Shown here piece after piece: positions 1 through 9,128 of a DNA stretch of 64,000 bases (its first letter is position 1; every line of letters begins with the position of its first letter). The notes below the pieces were generated by a model. It saw only the letters and a program-made list of their open reading frames with translations, was not told where the DNA came from and searched no databases. The position numbers and the translations under genes were made by a program. The stretch is from the sequence record MK599315.1; one strand, given 5' to 3'.

Positions 1-2
1 TC

Positions 3-152
3 CTGAAACAGGGACTTGCGGTCATGGGTGTCAAAACGAACCACCTGCCGATTAAACTGGCTAAAGCTTTCAATGCATCTGGTCCTTTGGCAGCAATCCT
101 TCTTGCCGTATACTTGATCATGGCAACCTTTTATAACATCTTTCTGAGTTGA
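3..152 (+). CDS. 3' end of a membrane protein, truncated by the window start
   Basis: Open frame LKQGLAVMG...AAILLAVYLIMATFYNIFLS* read manually; hydrophobic C-terminus; followed 4 nt later by the next ATG. Confidence 0.6.
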   Translation: MKQGLAVMGVKTNHLPIKLAKAFNASGPLAAILLAVYLIMATFYNIFLS

Positions 153-156
153 TGCC

Positions 157-345
157 ATGGGATGGATTGTACTGATACTCACCTTCTTCGCTTCTCTTAC
201 GGTTGGAGGTGTAATGACTTTCTATGGCTTGGTAGCTAGCAGTAAAACCTTTTCAGATAGAATCTCTATGGTTCTATTTGGTGTAGTTATTATTGCTATC
301 ACCGGCTATAGTGGATATCATTTATTCGACATGCTTCCAAAATAG
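157..345 (+). CDS. Small two-pass membrane protein
   Basis: 62 aa ORF with two hydrophobic stretches, tightly packed in an operon. Confidence 0.75.
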   Translation: MGWIVLILTFFASLTVGGVMTFYGLVASSKTFSDRISMVLFGVVIIAITGYSGYHLFDMLPK

Positions 346-353
346 GAGTTAAC

Positions 354-614
354 ATGGATTTGATGTTTACTAACCCAATAGCGTTTATTTACGGGACACT
401 TAGCTTTCCTGGACTACTGTTCATGACTGGCTATGCTGTATCGTGGTTGTTCGTAATGGGTGTATGCAAGTGGCTTCCTAATTGGAAGTACCTCTGCATG
501 TTCCTCTGCGTCAGTTGGGCAATTAGCTTTGCGATTTATCTAGTAATGATCATTACGGCCCTGGTTAGCGTGTATACCCCTCTCCAGTTACCGCCGTGGA
601 CGCTCATGAACTAA
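354..614 (+). CDS. Small multi-pass membrane protein
   Basis: 86 aa, almost entirely hydrophobic; RBS TAGGAG upstream. Confidence 0.8.
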   Translation: MDLMFTNPIAFIYGTLSFPGLLFMTGYAVSWLFVMGVCKWLPNWKYLCMFLCVSWAISFAIYLVMIITALVSVYTPLQLPPWTLMN

Positions 615-627
615 CAAGGAGTTAATC

Positions 628-867
628 ATGGAAACCATCATGCTGATCTGGTGGATCTCTATTTCGATTATCGCTGGGTCCCTGTTCGTAGCAAAACTGG
701 TAAAAGATAACGATGATGTTCGTCGAACTCGTTTACCAAAGAAAGATATCATCATGCTCGACCGCATTAATATGATTTGCACTGCTCTCATATGGGGAGC
801 TGCTATCGTAGCGCTGATCACTCTCTTCTTGGGTGGTCTTTTCATGATGATTGAAGCACAAGTGTAA
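628..867 (+). CDS. Small two-pass membrane protein
   Basis: 79 aa, two hydrophobic segments with a charged loop; RBS AAGGAG upstream. Confidence 0.8.
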   Translation: METIMLIWWISISIIAGSLFVAKLVKDNDDVRRTRLPKKDIIMLDRINMICTALIWGAAIVALITLFLGGLFMMIEAQV

Positions 868-877
868 GACGGCATAA

Positions 878-915
878 AGCTCCTACCTCGGGTAGGAGCT
901 ATGCTTTATTTTTTT
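878..915. terminator. Bidirectional intrinsic terminator
   Basis: AGCTCCTACC-TCG-GGTAGGAGCT followed by a T-rich tract, between convergent genes. Confidence 0.85.
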
Positions 916-1358
916 TTATTTTAATCCAAGATCTTTCTCGATTTGTCTAGCTTGCGATGTACTTTGAATAGCCTTCGACTCTGCAAGTTCAATCATGAAC
1001 AAACAATCATTAAAGGGTAGTTCAAAGAACTCTAGTAAAGATAAACCATAAATGTCATTGATCTTGTAATTGACAAACTTCCGTATCCAAGTTCTTTCAG
1101 GTCCACCTTCTACGACGTTTTCCTTAGGATGCATTCTAACCAGATCTAAAGGATCAGCCTCTGGTGAATCATGATCGAAAATACCGTAGTCTTTATGGTA
1201 GGCCTTCCTGGTCAACATTTCGGCAATAGCTGGCCTTACGGCATCTAGCGTTCGCACGAGTTCATCGAATGCACTCTTACCATTAACAGTCTTGCGACCG
1301 AAAGAGTTCATTGTAACGTGCCCGTTGTCGTCCTCCAAATTAATTGTTAGACGACTAT
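916..1358 (-). CDS. Conserved phiKZ-like hypothetical protein (gp76 position); start codon apparently missing one base
   Basis: ORF 916-1338 stays open upstream. Minus strand reads GAGGA-N8-AT[G]AGTCGTCTAACAATTAAT; restoring one G gives MSRLTINLEDD..., 147 aa. Confidence 0.7.
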
Positions 1359-1376
1359 GCCGGGGGTCCTCGTTGA

Positions 1377-2978
1377 TTACTCCAGGTGCTTGGCTTTCTG
1401 GCCCGCCAACGTGAAAAATATTGCCATCATGTCTAGCGGTACAAGGTGCGGGAAACGTTCGTTGAATGCTTGGCCCTGAGGACCTTTACATTCTTTGCAG
1501 TTATGCGATGGAAGAGCTACCACAGCCAGTACACAAGAGTTAGTATACTCATGTACGGTATCAAAGAACTGTTCCGCGTACTGCGGATCACTCAGAGTGT
1601 TCGCCAGATAATCACTAATGATTTCCTGATCGTCGGAAAGCAGTTGATCTTCGAAGTCTTCTACATCGTCGTCCTTTTCATAGATACCATCTACCCAATG
1701 AGCATACTGCATGGCGATAGTAGCTTTACTCAGTTTATCAATGTACGCTGAACGTTGAACACCATGTGGCGGTTCGTTAAATGTACCTTGAGACATTTCG
1801 ATCAATGTCTGAGACCACTGAGAAGCAGCCATCTTACGTTGAGCGATAGTCGGGATAGCAAGACGAACACCAATATCACCAAACCAGAATACTTTCTTAC
1901 CGCCAATACCGAAACCTTCACGGTAAGCTTTGAAGTCTTCATCCGTAGCGGGTGCAAATTTCTTAGCGATAAATTTACGCTGATCATTACTGAATACAGT
2001 GTTGTCAAACCAAACGATAGACGACATGTTAAGTTTTGCAGTGATACGAGCCGTACAGTTGTCCGGGTCTGCAATACATGGAACGTCGTAGTTGAATCCA
2101 TCAATGTACATTGTAGAAGCTAGGGCATGATGCAGGATAGCTTCATCAAAGATCGATAGTTCATGTTCCAGGTCACTTGGAGTAATGAAGGACTTGTTCG
2201 ATGCAATAACACAAGACAGAGCCAGATCAGTCATCGCGTTCATCATTACGGAACCAGCGTTAGAGAACGACATGCCTTTGGTTTGCATTCCCAGCCGCAG
2301 CTTGATCTGCTGCATTTCTGTTTGCAATGCAACTACTTCAGTAAGTGTCGGAGCACGCAGGCGAAGCCAGATACCCGAACGAGGCATAAACGTTTCGTAT
2401 GTCGCACCAAGACCAGATTTCTTGGAGAGGTATGCCAACAGTTCTTCTTTACTGTGTCGTTTATTACGATCGATCTTTTGAGAAGGGCGGCCTGGTCGAA
2501 TAAGGTTACCGTTATCATGACCAGTAATACCTTGTTGCCATACAGAACCTTCACGTTCCGTCCCACCGATAGGAGTGGGGTCAAGGTTAGTATGGTTCAT
2601 ACCAGCTACTAGAGAAATCAACCAATCTCGGTCACTGCTAGTAGTAGTGAGATCACCTTGGTGCATTCCATTCAATAGCGCCGAGTGACGTTCCAATACC
2701 TGGTTAAAGGTCTTGGGGTTTTCTAGAATGAAACTCATCAAAGAGGTCATACCAGGAATAGCTTCACTAGAACAAGAACGTGTCTCAGTGAAGTTAACTG
2801 GTTTCTGGTCAATTACCAGAGGAGGTAGTTCAACAGCAGGCGAAGAAGATACTTCTTCCGCAGGTGCGTCCGGTAGAGTGGGACCCGTGGGCCCCTGTTC
2901 TACTTCTGCATCAGCTTGCTGTTCCCAATTACCCTCAGCAGGATAATTGTCTTCTTTATCCATATCAAGCTCTTGCAT
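1377..2978 (-). CDS. Conserved phiKZ-like protein (gp77-like)
   Basis: 533 aa ORF with acidic N-terminus and C-terminal CxxC; synteny upstream of the gp80-like RNAP subunit. Confidence 0.75.
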   Translation of the reverse strand: MQELDMDKEDNYPAEGNWEQQADAEVEQGPTGPTLPDAPAEEVSSSPAVELPPLVIDQKPVNFTETRSCSSEAIPGMTSLMSFILENPKTFNQVLERHSALLNGMHQGDLTTTSSDRDWLISLVAGMNHTNLDPTPIGGTEREGSVWQQGITGHDNGNLIRPGRPSQKIDRNKRHSKEELLAYLSKKSGLGATYETFMPRSGIWLRLRAPTLTEVVALQTEMQQIKLRLGMQTKGMSFSNAGSVMMNAMTDLALSCVIASNKSFITPSDLEHELSIFDEAILHHALASTMYIDGFNYDVPCIADPDNCTARITAKLNMSSIVWFDNTVFSNDQRKFIAKKFAPATDEDFKAYREGFGIGGKKVFWFGDIGVRLAIPTIAQRKMAASQWSQTLIEMSQGTFNEPPHGVQRSAYIDKLSKATIAMQYAHWVDGIYEKDDDVEDFEDQLLSDDQEIISDYLANTLSDPQYAEQFFDTVHEYTNSCVLAVVALPSHNCKECKGPQGQAFNERFPHLVPLDMMAIFFTLAGQKAKHLE

Positions 2979-2989
2979 TTTGTATTACC

Positions 2990-3586
2990 TTATTTCACGA
3001 AGGAAACAGTATCAACACCAGCTTCTTGCATCTTAGCAATGAGACCCATCAGCAGTGGTTGAACAGCTGTTTCTACTTTATGTTGGAGATTTGCGTAACC
3101 CAAAGTCAGCTTACCGATTTGATCGAGATCAGCCAGATCAGGTGTACCAGTTTTGTTTACGTGAAGAATACTAAGAGCTTCCAGAGCACTGATCATCTGT
3201 TCAATATCAGACATGCAGTTTTGCAGATCTTTAGAGAAACCTTCAGGATCACTGAGTTTACTCAGAATTTCTTCACGACGCTCCAGCGCCGGAATGATAA
3301 CAATGGAAGTAGCATTAAGAGCAGCAGCTGTAGTGCGATACAATTCGCGAAGAATGGCCCAGCCATCTTCTTTAATGAGTTGTTGTGCTGCTACAGCAGA
3401 AGCTTCTACAGCTTGGTCCAGTTGTTCTTTCGGGGACAGTGCGGTCATTTGATTGTGCTCCAATTTTGGATTATGGGGGAATATTTTATCAAGGGCTTCA
3501 GAGAGCCGTTTTTCATCTTCAGGAGTTGGTTTTGGATGGTGTATTGTATCCATCAAATTAAACGGCAGCTCACTAAACTTACTCAT
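2990..3586 (-). CDS. Conserved phiKZ-like helical protein (gp78-like)
   Basis: 198 aa ORF with RBS; synteny. Confidence 0.7.
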   Translation of the reverse strand: MSKFSELPFNLMDTIHHPKPTPEDEKRLSEALDKIFPHNPKLEHNQMTALSPKEQLDQAVEASAVAAQQLIKEDGWAILRELYRTTAAALNATSIVIIPALERREEILSKLSDPEGFSKDLQNCMSDIEQMISALEALSILHVNKTGTPDLADLDQIGKLTLGYANLQHKVETAVQPLLMGLIAKMQEAGVDTVSFVK

Positions 3587-3610
3587 TGAAGCTCCTAATG
3601 GAATAGTGTA

Positions 3611-3626
3611 GTAACATAGATGTTAC
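3611..3626. promoter_or_regulatory. Inverted repeat in the divergent promoter region, containing a minus-strand TATG
   Basis: GTAACAT-AG-ATGTTAC; CATA at 3615-3618 is TATG on the minus strand, the phiKZ late-promoter core. Confidence 0.4.
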
Positions 3627-3677
3627 AGGAAACGTAACTTTTCACATATTACGAAGACATACCTGCAACATAACCGT

Positions 3678-4562
3678 ATGTTAGATATTCATTTATACAG
3701 GATAATTCCAATGAAAGAAATGCTAGATAGTATCCTCACTCCCCTAGTGATGGAAGAACGAAAAGAAATCATGCTTGAATGCGTAGCTTCCCTAGAGGAA
3801 ATGGATTACTCGGCAGCTCTTGATGAACTGCATACCGTTTGCTCTATTGCTGATGACAATGCAGACACTATGATGTTGCTTGGCCGTATCGACGATATTA
3901 TCCGTGTGGCCCATGATCAGGTTCTAGCTGCACACGAAGTTAAAGTATCGGATGAGGCGACACAAGAGCAACGGCTTGCAATTGTCCGTACTATTTTAGG
4001 TTTGCCAAATTATATTCTTCCTGACCAGATTGAGTTGATTCTACAAGGCGATTTCGATAATGAGGAAATTCTTGCTCATCTGGTACCTATGTTTGAACGC
4101 CTTTCTTTCGACGAAGTGTGGCCTTTAATTAATGAAGTATCTGTTTCTTTCATCGATGCTTTAAAAGCGATGGTGCAAGACACTATGATGACGCGTGGTC
4201 ACATCGACGAATACATCGCTCCTGTATCCCGTATCCGTGTTCTTAATCGATTGATGAATACCATAGGTCGAGATAAGTTTAGTATGGTTCTCGAACTGTC
4301 TAATTCTGGTATGCGAGTCGGACATGACTGGTTAGAACTCCTTTCTAATAGTCTTGAAAGCCTGGACAATAAGAACGCTCAAGATGCGGCTTATGAAATG
4401 GTAGGTCTTGCATTCTTCTCTAATCTTCACCTCGATAGTATCTATAGCACTGTTAAAGTTTCTATCGATGAATACACAGAGAACGAGATGGAACGTAATA
4501 TCATGGAACGGGTGATCGACGAGATCAAGCGTAAAATGGGAAAGCTCTATGAAACTGCGTGA
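3678..4562 (+). CDS. Conserved phiKZ-like protein (gp79-like)
   Basis: 294 aa ORF overlapping the start of the RNAP subunit gene; true start may be slightly downstream. Confidence 0.75.
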   Translation: MLDIHLYRIIPMKEMLDSILTPLVMEERKEIMLECVASLEEMDYSAALDELHTVCSIADDNADTMMLLGRIDDIIRVAHDQVLAAHEVKVSDEATQEQRLAIVRTILGLPNYILPDQIELILQGDFDNEEILAHLVPMFERLSFDEVWPLINEVSVSFIDALKAMVQDTMMTRGHIDEYIAPVSRIRVLNRLMNTIGRDKFSMVLELSNSGMRVGHDWLELLSNSLESLDNKNAQDAAYEMVGLAFFSNLHLDSIYSTVKVSIDEYTENEMERNIMERVIDEIKRKMGKLYETA

Positions 4563-5892
4563 TTATTTCCTTTTAGGAATTAAAGCTGGTCTATGTAAAA
4601 AACGTGCTTGGATGAACAGTCTGTTCAACATCGTTTATAATAACGATGATATTCCTAACATGCCTTATAAGCCACATTTTGGTGAAGGCCGAATGTGGTT
4701 CTACATGCCGAATGGCGATGAGAAAATTTTCATCGATGATTACATCGAAGGTCGAGCTCCTTTACACTTCCGTGATGAATTCATTTTACAACCGGGTGAA
4801 ATAGAAAACTACAAAGGTACTGAACCGTTACGTACTACGTATGGCAATGTATTCGTTAACTACCTCTGTCTAGTCCTTCCGTTCGGGGATATCTTCCCAT
4901 TTCAGACAGGATATTTCTCACCTGCTAAAATTGAGAATGAGCTGCTAGATAGACTGATTGACGACCGTGAAGATGGTAACGTCACTGAACGAGCACCGGA
5001 TGGTAAGATCTACGTTTGGCAATATCTAATGTTTGCGGATCATTGTCTAGCTATTCCCGCTTACGCAGATAGCCTTGTTACTTCTGTTACACGTAAATCG
5101 ATGACTGCTCACCCAGACAGAGATAAAGTACGTGCAGCTCTTTTGGAACAATATAAAGATCAATTAACTGACCCAGCTATTGTTGCAAAAATAGGTAACG
5201 AACTTATTAAGATGGATGAAGAGTATCTATCTGACGATGAGTCGTATGAGTTCTATGATGCAAAACATGCTAAGCTATTCGGTGGTGTTCGTAAGAAAGT
5301 TCACTATCTATTTGGTGGTGAATCTCCGTTCTCGGATGGTACGTCGGTTGAACTTATCTCTAAGTCACTTGAAGAAGGCATTGATACAGATCACATGCCT
5401 GTGATGAACAACTCTCTTCGTTATGGTTCTTATAACCGTGGTGCTCAGACTGCATTGGGTGGCGAGTCCACCAAGACTATTTATCGAATGGTCGGTACAG
5501 TCCGAATTATAGAACCTGACTGTAAAACACATATTGGTGTTCCAACGCGAGTAGATAAGTTTAATGCTAAAGAACTCGTTGGTTACACTATGGTTAAGGA
5601 TGGAGAATCCATTCTTATTACCTCTGAAAACATTGATGGACTTATGGGTCAAATTATCGATGTACGTGGTCCAATGACGTGTAAGTCTGGACGTGACATT
5701 GAAAAGGGTATCCTTGGACGAGATAAGAATATCTGTGCTACTTGTGCGGGTAAAGCTCTTGCTGAGAACCCCAACGGTATTCCTGCTGCGGCAGCTGGTG
5801 TGGGTGGACGCTTCTTGAGTATCTTCATGTCGAAGATGCACAGTGCTACTCTGAAGACTGTTAAATGGGACCCGGTCCGTCGTCTTTCTTAA
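4549..5892 (+). CDS. Virion RNA polymerase beta-prime-like subunit fragment (phiKZ gp80-like)
   Basis: 447 aa. Beta-prime-like Zn-binding cysteines (EPDCKT...MTCKS...ICATCAG), RGAQTALGG and a trigger-loop-like LSIFMSKMH C-terminus; synteny. Confidence 0.9.
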   Translation: MKLRDYFLLGIKAGLCKKRAWMNSLFNIVYNNDDIPNMPYKPHFGEGRMWFYMPNGDEKIFIDDYIEGRAPLHFRDEFILQPGEIENYKGTEPLRTTYGNVFVNYLCLVLPFGDIFPFQTGYFSPAKIENELLDRLIDDREDGNVTERAPDGKIYVWQYLMFADHCLAIPAYADSLVTSVTRKSMTAHPDRDKVRAALLEQYKDQLTDPAIVAKIGNELIKMDEEYLSDDESYEFYDAKHAKLFGGVRKKVHYLFGGESPFSDGTSVELISKSLEEGIDTDHMPVMNNSLRYGSYNRGAQTALGGESTKTIYRMVGTVRIIEPDCKTHIGVPTRVDKFNAKELVGYTMVKDGESILITSENIDGLMGQIIDVRGPMTCKSGRDIEKGILGRDKNICATCAGKALAENPNGIPAAAAGVGGRFLSIFMSKMHSATLKTVKWDPVRRLS

Positions 5893-5897
5893 GACAA

Positions 5898-5920
5898 AGG
5901 GGAATCTTACCAATTCCCCT
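5898..5920 (+). terminator. Hairpin after the RNAP subunit gene
   Basis: AGGGGAAT-CTTACCA-ATTCCCCT followed by AATTCTTT. Confidence 0.55.
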
Positions 5921-5954
5921 AATTCTTTGACTATTCACAAACTAGGAAATCCCC

Positions 5955-7379
5955 ATGGCTAAAAATCGAAATCGTGGTTTCTCTATTCCTACCGTAGCTA
6001 AACCGGTAGAACCTGTTACTCCTGTTATTCCGGAAACTCCCCAAGAGTCACCGGTTGAATACGGTCCCCTTTCTTTTGAAGAACTACAAGCTGCTTTCGA
6101 AGGTCATGATGACAACGAAGTAGCAGCACTCGTAGCTCCTGTTCTAGCTGCACTCCATCGTGATGCGTTCTATGATGACGATGGTCGGATGCTGACTTGC
6201 GGTGAAGTTGTTGATAAATTCGATACCGATGTTGAATCTGAAGCTGAAGACAGTGGTGACCCTAAAGGAGAAGAAGAAAGTGATCTCGAAGAGACTACTG
6301 ATCTTCCTCCGGAAGGTGAAACCGAAGAAGAGCTGGCTGATCCAGAACCTACCCCCGCTCTGGTCGATCTGCTTCGAGAAGAAGCTACCGCAGCTATTTC
6401 TGAACCTGAAGTAGTTGAGGAAGTCAAGCCTCTCGTTGATACTCCTGTATCGGGTTGGACTAAAGAAGAACTCGAACTGTATATCAAAGGCGAGCTTGTT
6501 GAAGATGTTCGTTACAATGTTCTGAAGGAAGCTATTGTTGAACATCAACGCCGTGAAGCTACTCTTGATCTAGCCTGGAATCCACAGCAATGTAAAGAGT
6601 TCCTTGTCAGTGGTATTGTTCCTGACAAAACTTCTAAAGGTGCTTGGAAATCCGACATCACTCGTTTTGCACGTAAAGCAACTCAATGGACCACACAAGA
6701 ACTTGAAAGCTGGGCTCTTGGTGAGATTCGCCCAGAGGGTTCTACCAGTGAACCCGCACTGGCCGTTGAACTGAAAGAACGTTTGATGTTGGTTAGTAAG
6801 AGCAATGCTCCTGAAGATGTCATCCTGGCTTATAAAGCTCAAACCGGACAGACAACTCAGACTACCCATTTGACCGGAACTATTCCGACTGCGGCTGCTC
6901 CGAAAGTAGATGTCGAAGCTGTTCGTATCCAACTCTCCTATGAAGGACTTACCGAAGTGAACCAAACTTACATTGAAGAAACTCTCAAGAAATACAAAGA
7001 AATTTGTGCTCCGGGTAAACCACTGACTCCGCAAACTGGTGTCATGGCACAGAAACAACTGGATAACGTTATTCGTTATGTTATCAATCTCGAAGATCCA
7101 GTTGGCTTTAAGAACGGTATGGAAATTATTCGGAAATTCATCACCGAAAACCGTAAGTCTCCTGGCCTGTTCGATGATAGCCATGCATTCCGTTTCACTG
7201 ATGGTTTGAGTGTTCAAGGTGGTGTACAAGAATCGCACATTCAGATCCTGACTCTGTTCTTCATCTTCGCCGATGAGAACAAAGAAGCGCGGACCCAGTA
7301 CGATGTTCCTAGTCTGGTATCCCTCTTCCCGACTAAGCGTCAACCTCTCCTGCTTCAGTACTTCCAACAAGTACAGTAA
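5955..7379 (+). CDS. Conserved phiKZ-like protein (gp81 position) with acidic N-terminal region
   Basis: 474 aa ORF; RBS TAGGA; internal W-x3-(E/Q) repeats. Confidence 0.8.
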   Translation: MAKNRNRGFSIPTVAKPVEPVTPVIPETPQESPVEYGPLSFEELQAAFEGHDDNEVAALVAPVLAALHRDAFYDDDGRMLTCGEVVDKFDTDVESEAEDSGDPKGEEESDLEETTDLPPEGETEEELADPEPTPALVDLLREEATAAISEPEVVEEVKPLVDTPVSGWTKEELELYIKGELVEDVRYNVLKEAIVEHQRREATLDLAWNPQQCKEFLVSGIVPDKTSKGAWKSDITRFARKATQWTTQELESWALGEIRPEGSTSEPALAVELKERLMLVSKSNAPEDVILAYKAQTGQTTQTTHLTGTIPTAAAPKVDVEAVRIQLSYEGLTEVNQTYIEETLKKYKEICAPGKPLTPQTGVMAQKQLDNVIRYVINLEDPVGFKNGMEIIRKFITENRKSPGLFDDSHAFRFTDGLSVQGGVQESHIQILTLFFIFADENKEARTQYDVPSLVSLFPTKRQPLLLQYFQQVQ

Positions 7380-7386
7380 ACATAAC

Positions 7387-7412
7387 GCCCTCCCTTCGGG
7401 GAGGGCTTTATG
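7387..7412 (+). terminator. Intrinsic terminator with cUUCGg loop
   Basis: GCCCTCCC-TTCG-GGGAGGGC-TTTATG. Confidence 0.85.
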
Positions 7413-7452
7413 CCGGCAATGGTATAGATTTTAAGAAAGAACAGGATTACAT

Positions 7453-8721
7453 ATGTTCGAATCATTATTAGCAGTTCTTAATAAGTACGATGATACATTT
7501 CCACCAGGATCACAAATTCCAATTGCTGATAGTGATTACTTTAGTTATTTCGGTGGGTTTAAAGCGGGACTACCACAACCTGAAGCATTCTCTAATCTAG
7601 TTGGTTTCACAGAGGGTACATTACACACTAGTGAAACAACTTGGTTTAAATACAAAGAGAATAACAGACTTATTTATTTACCGAAAACACCTTTTAGACG
7701 AGGCGCTGCTAGATCGATTATAGAGAACCATGGACTCATCGATGGTAAGGAAATACAGATCGGTAGACATAAGTTCCTATGTCGTGTTATGACGGGTATT
7801 GATAACCCTGGCGCCAGTGCAACTGGTGGCGGCGAATATAACCGTTTGGTTTATTCGATGGTAATACCCAGACAATCTGGTGCAGCGGCATTTGAGTCAT
7901 TCTCAACAAGTGACTTTGGTTTAGCTAGTACCGGTGGGGCTAATTGGGTACGTGAAGTCCAAACTACTGGTACTGACGTAGGTAAAGGCTTCTATCGTGG
8001 TTTTAATTCAATCAGCTATGTGGGTAGAGAAGTAGCTGGTTCAAATATGAATAACTACGGATGGCGTCCAATTCTAATTTGGATTGACCCGGACATTATT
8101 CCATCGAAAGGACCTGGTACTGAATCACTTATAGCCGGTAATGACGATATAGGTTACTTTGGTCGTGTCCCATCTAGTGAATTAATTACAGCATCTGCAT
8201 TAGCTACCTTAGTTGGTTTGAGCGAGGGAACTGTTCTTAATGAGGCACCGGACTGGTTTAAGTTCTCTCACAGAAGCACCATTCTTTATATCCCACAAAA
8301 ACCACTCAAAAACAACATGACATGGAATTCTCTGGCAAATGCTGGATTGAATGGTAGGGGTAAACGAATCACTATCGGTGACAACGTATACCAGTGTCGA
8401 TTGATGTATATTGGCGCTACCGATACAGGTATAACCAATAACGCTGCTCCAGGAAGAGAATGGCGTGATCTAATGTATAATGTCCATGGAACTGTAACCG
8501 GTACAAAGGCATGGGAAAACTTAACCAACGCTGATCTCGGGGTAGGTGGACAAGGAGCCGGTAGTTATAGCTGGGGTCAGGAAACTGGCTTAGTCGATGG
8601 TAAAACAGCATATGCCGGTATCGGTTATAGTAACATGTCCCAGTTGAATATTAACGTACCCACCAATACGGGTGCACATATGGGTTGGCGTCCTGTTCTA
8701 GAGTTGATTGGTAAAGCTTAA
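7453..8721 (+). CDS. Putative virion structural protein with two tandem ~190-aa domains
   Basis: Both halves show YFG...LVG(F/L)xEG...WFK...Y(L/I)PxxP...CR...GWRP(I/V)L; this pattern is typical of a family expanded in phiKZ-like phages. Confidence 0.7.
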   Translation: MFESLLAVLNKYDDTFPPGSQIPIADSDYFSYFGGFKAGLPQPEAFSNLVGFTEGTLHTSETTWFKYKENNRLIYLPKTPFRRGAARSIIENHGLIDGKEIQIGRHKFLCRVMTGIDNPGASATGGGEYNRLVYSMVIPRQSGAAAFESFSTSDFGLASTGGANWVREVQTTGTDVGKGFYRGFNSISYVGREVAGSNMNNYGWRPILIWIDPDIIPSKGPGTESLIAGNDDIGYFGRVPSSELITASALATLVGLSEGTVLNEAPDWFKFSHRSTILYIPQKPLKNNMTWNSLANAGLNGRGKRITIGDNVYQCRLMYIGATDTGITNNAAPGREWRDLMYNVHGTVTGTKAWENLTNADLGVGGQGAGSYSWGQETGLVDGKTAYAGIGYSNMSQLNINVPTNTGAHMGWRPVLELIGKA

Positions 8722-8730
8722 CGGCATAAA

Positions 8731-8750
8731 GCCCCACCATTAGGTGGGGC
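8731..8750. terminator. Bidirectional terminator
   Basis: CGGCATAAA-GCCCCACC-ATTA-GGTGGGGC, between convergent genes. Confidence 0.8.
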
Positions 8751-8759
8751 AATATGTTG

Positions 8760-9128
8760 TCAATACCCTTTATTCAAGAGTTCTGCTAAAGCGCGTGCTT
8801 GTGAGATATTAGTCGATGCAAAGACATCAGAAAGATATCCTTCGTTTGCTTCAGCTCCTTTACGAAGTTCTTTCATCAGGTCAGGATTCGCCTTTGCCCA
8901 TGTTTCCCATAGAGCTAAATATGCATCCCATGAGTTTATAGGACTCAACGGAGGCTTGCCTTTACCGAGCTTCCAATTAGTACCACCAACATCATAACCT
9001 TTAACATCGCATTGGTAGTGCATCTCAATAGTTCGGCCATCGGGCATTACAGCGTTTAAGGCGGAGAACCTTTTATCGCCAACGGAGGAACATTCGTATC
9101 CTCCGCGACGTTTCCATCGATATATCAC
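8760..9128 (-). CDS. Phage protein, possible NADAR-like fold
   Basis: 122 aa; RFSALNA...GRTIEMHYQCDVKG...SQARALAELL resembles the NADAR/YbiA F-S-N-F...T-x-E-H-Y-F-Q-x-K pattern. The ORF is solid; the fold call is weak. Confidence 0.55.
   Translation of the reverse strand: MIYRWKRRGGYECSSVGDKRFSALNAVMPDGRTIEMHYQCDVKGYDVGGTNWKLGKGKPPLSPINSWDAYLALWETWAKANPDLMKELRKGAEANEGYLSDVFASTNISQARALAELLNKGY

Noticed and set aside
3645-3652. CATATTAC near-match to the early promoter motif
   Set aside because: One mismatch, no palindromic right arm, and it lies upstream of genes in a core structural/RNAP operon; could be chance in AT-rich DNA.
7453-8721. Diversity-generating retroelement target
   Set aside because: No reverse transcriptase and no near-identical template repeat in the window; the two domains are too divergent at the DNA level.
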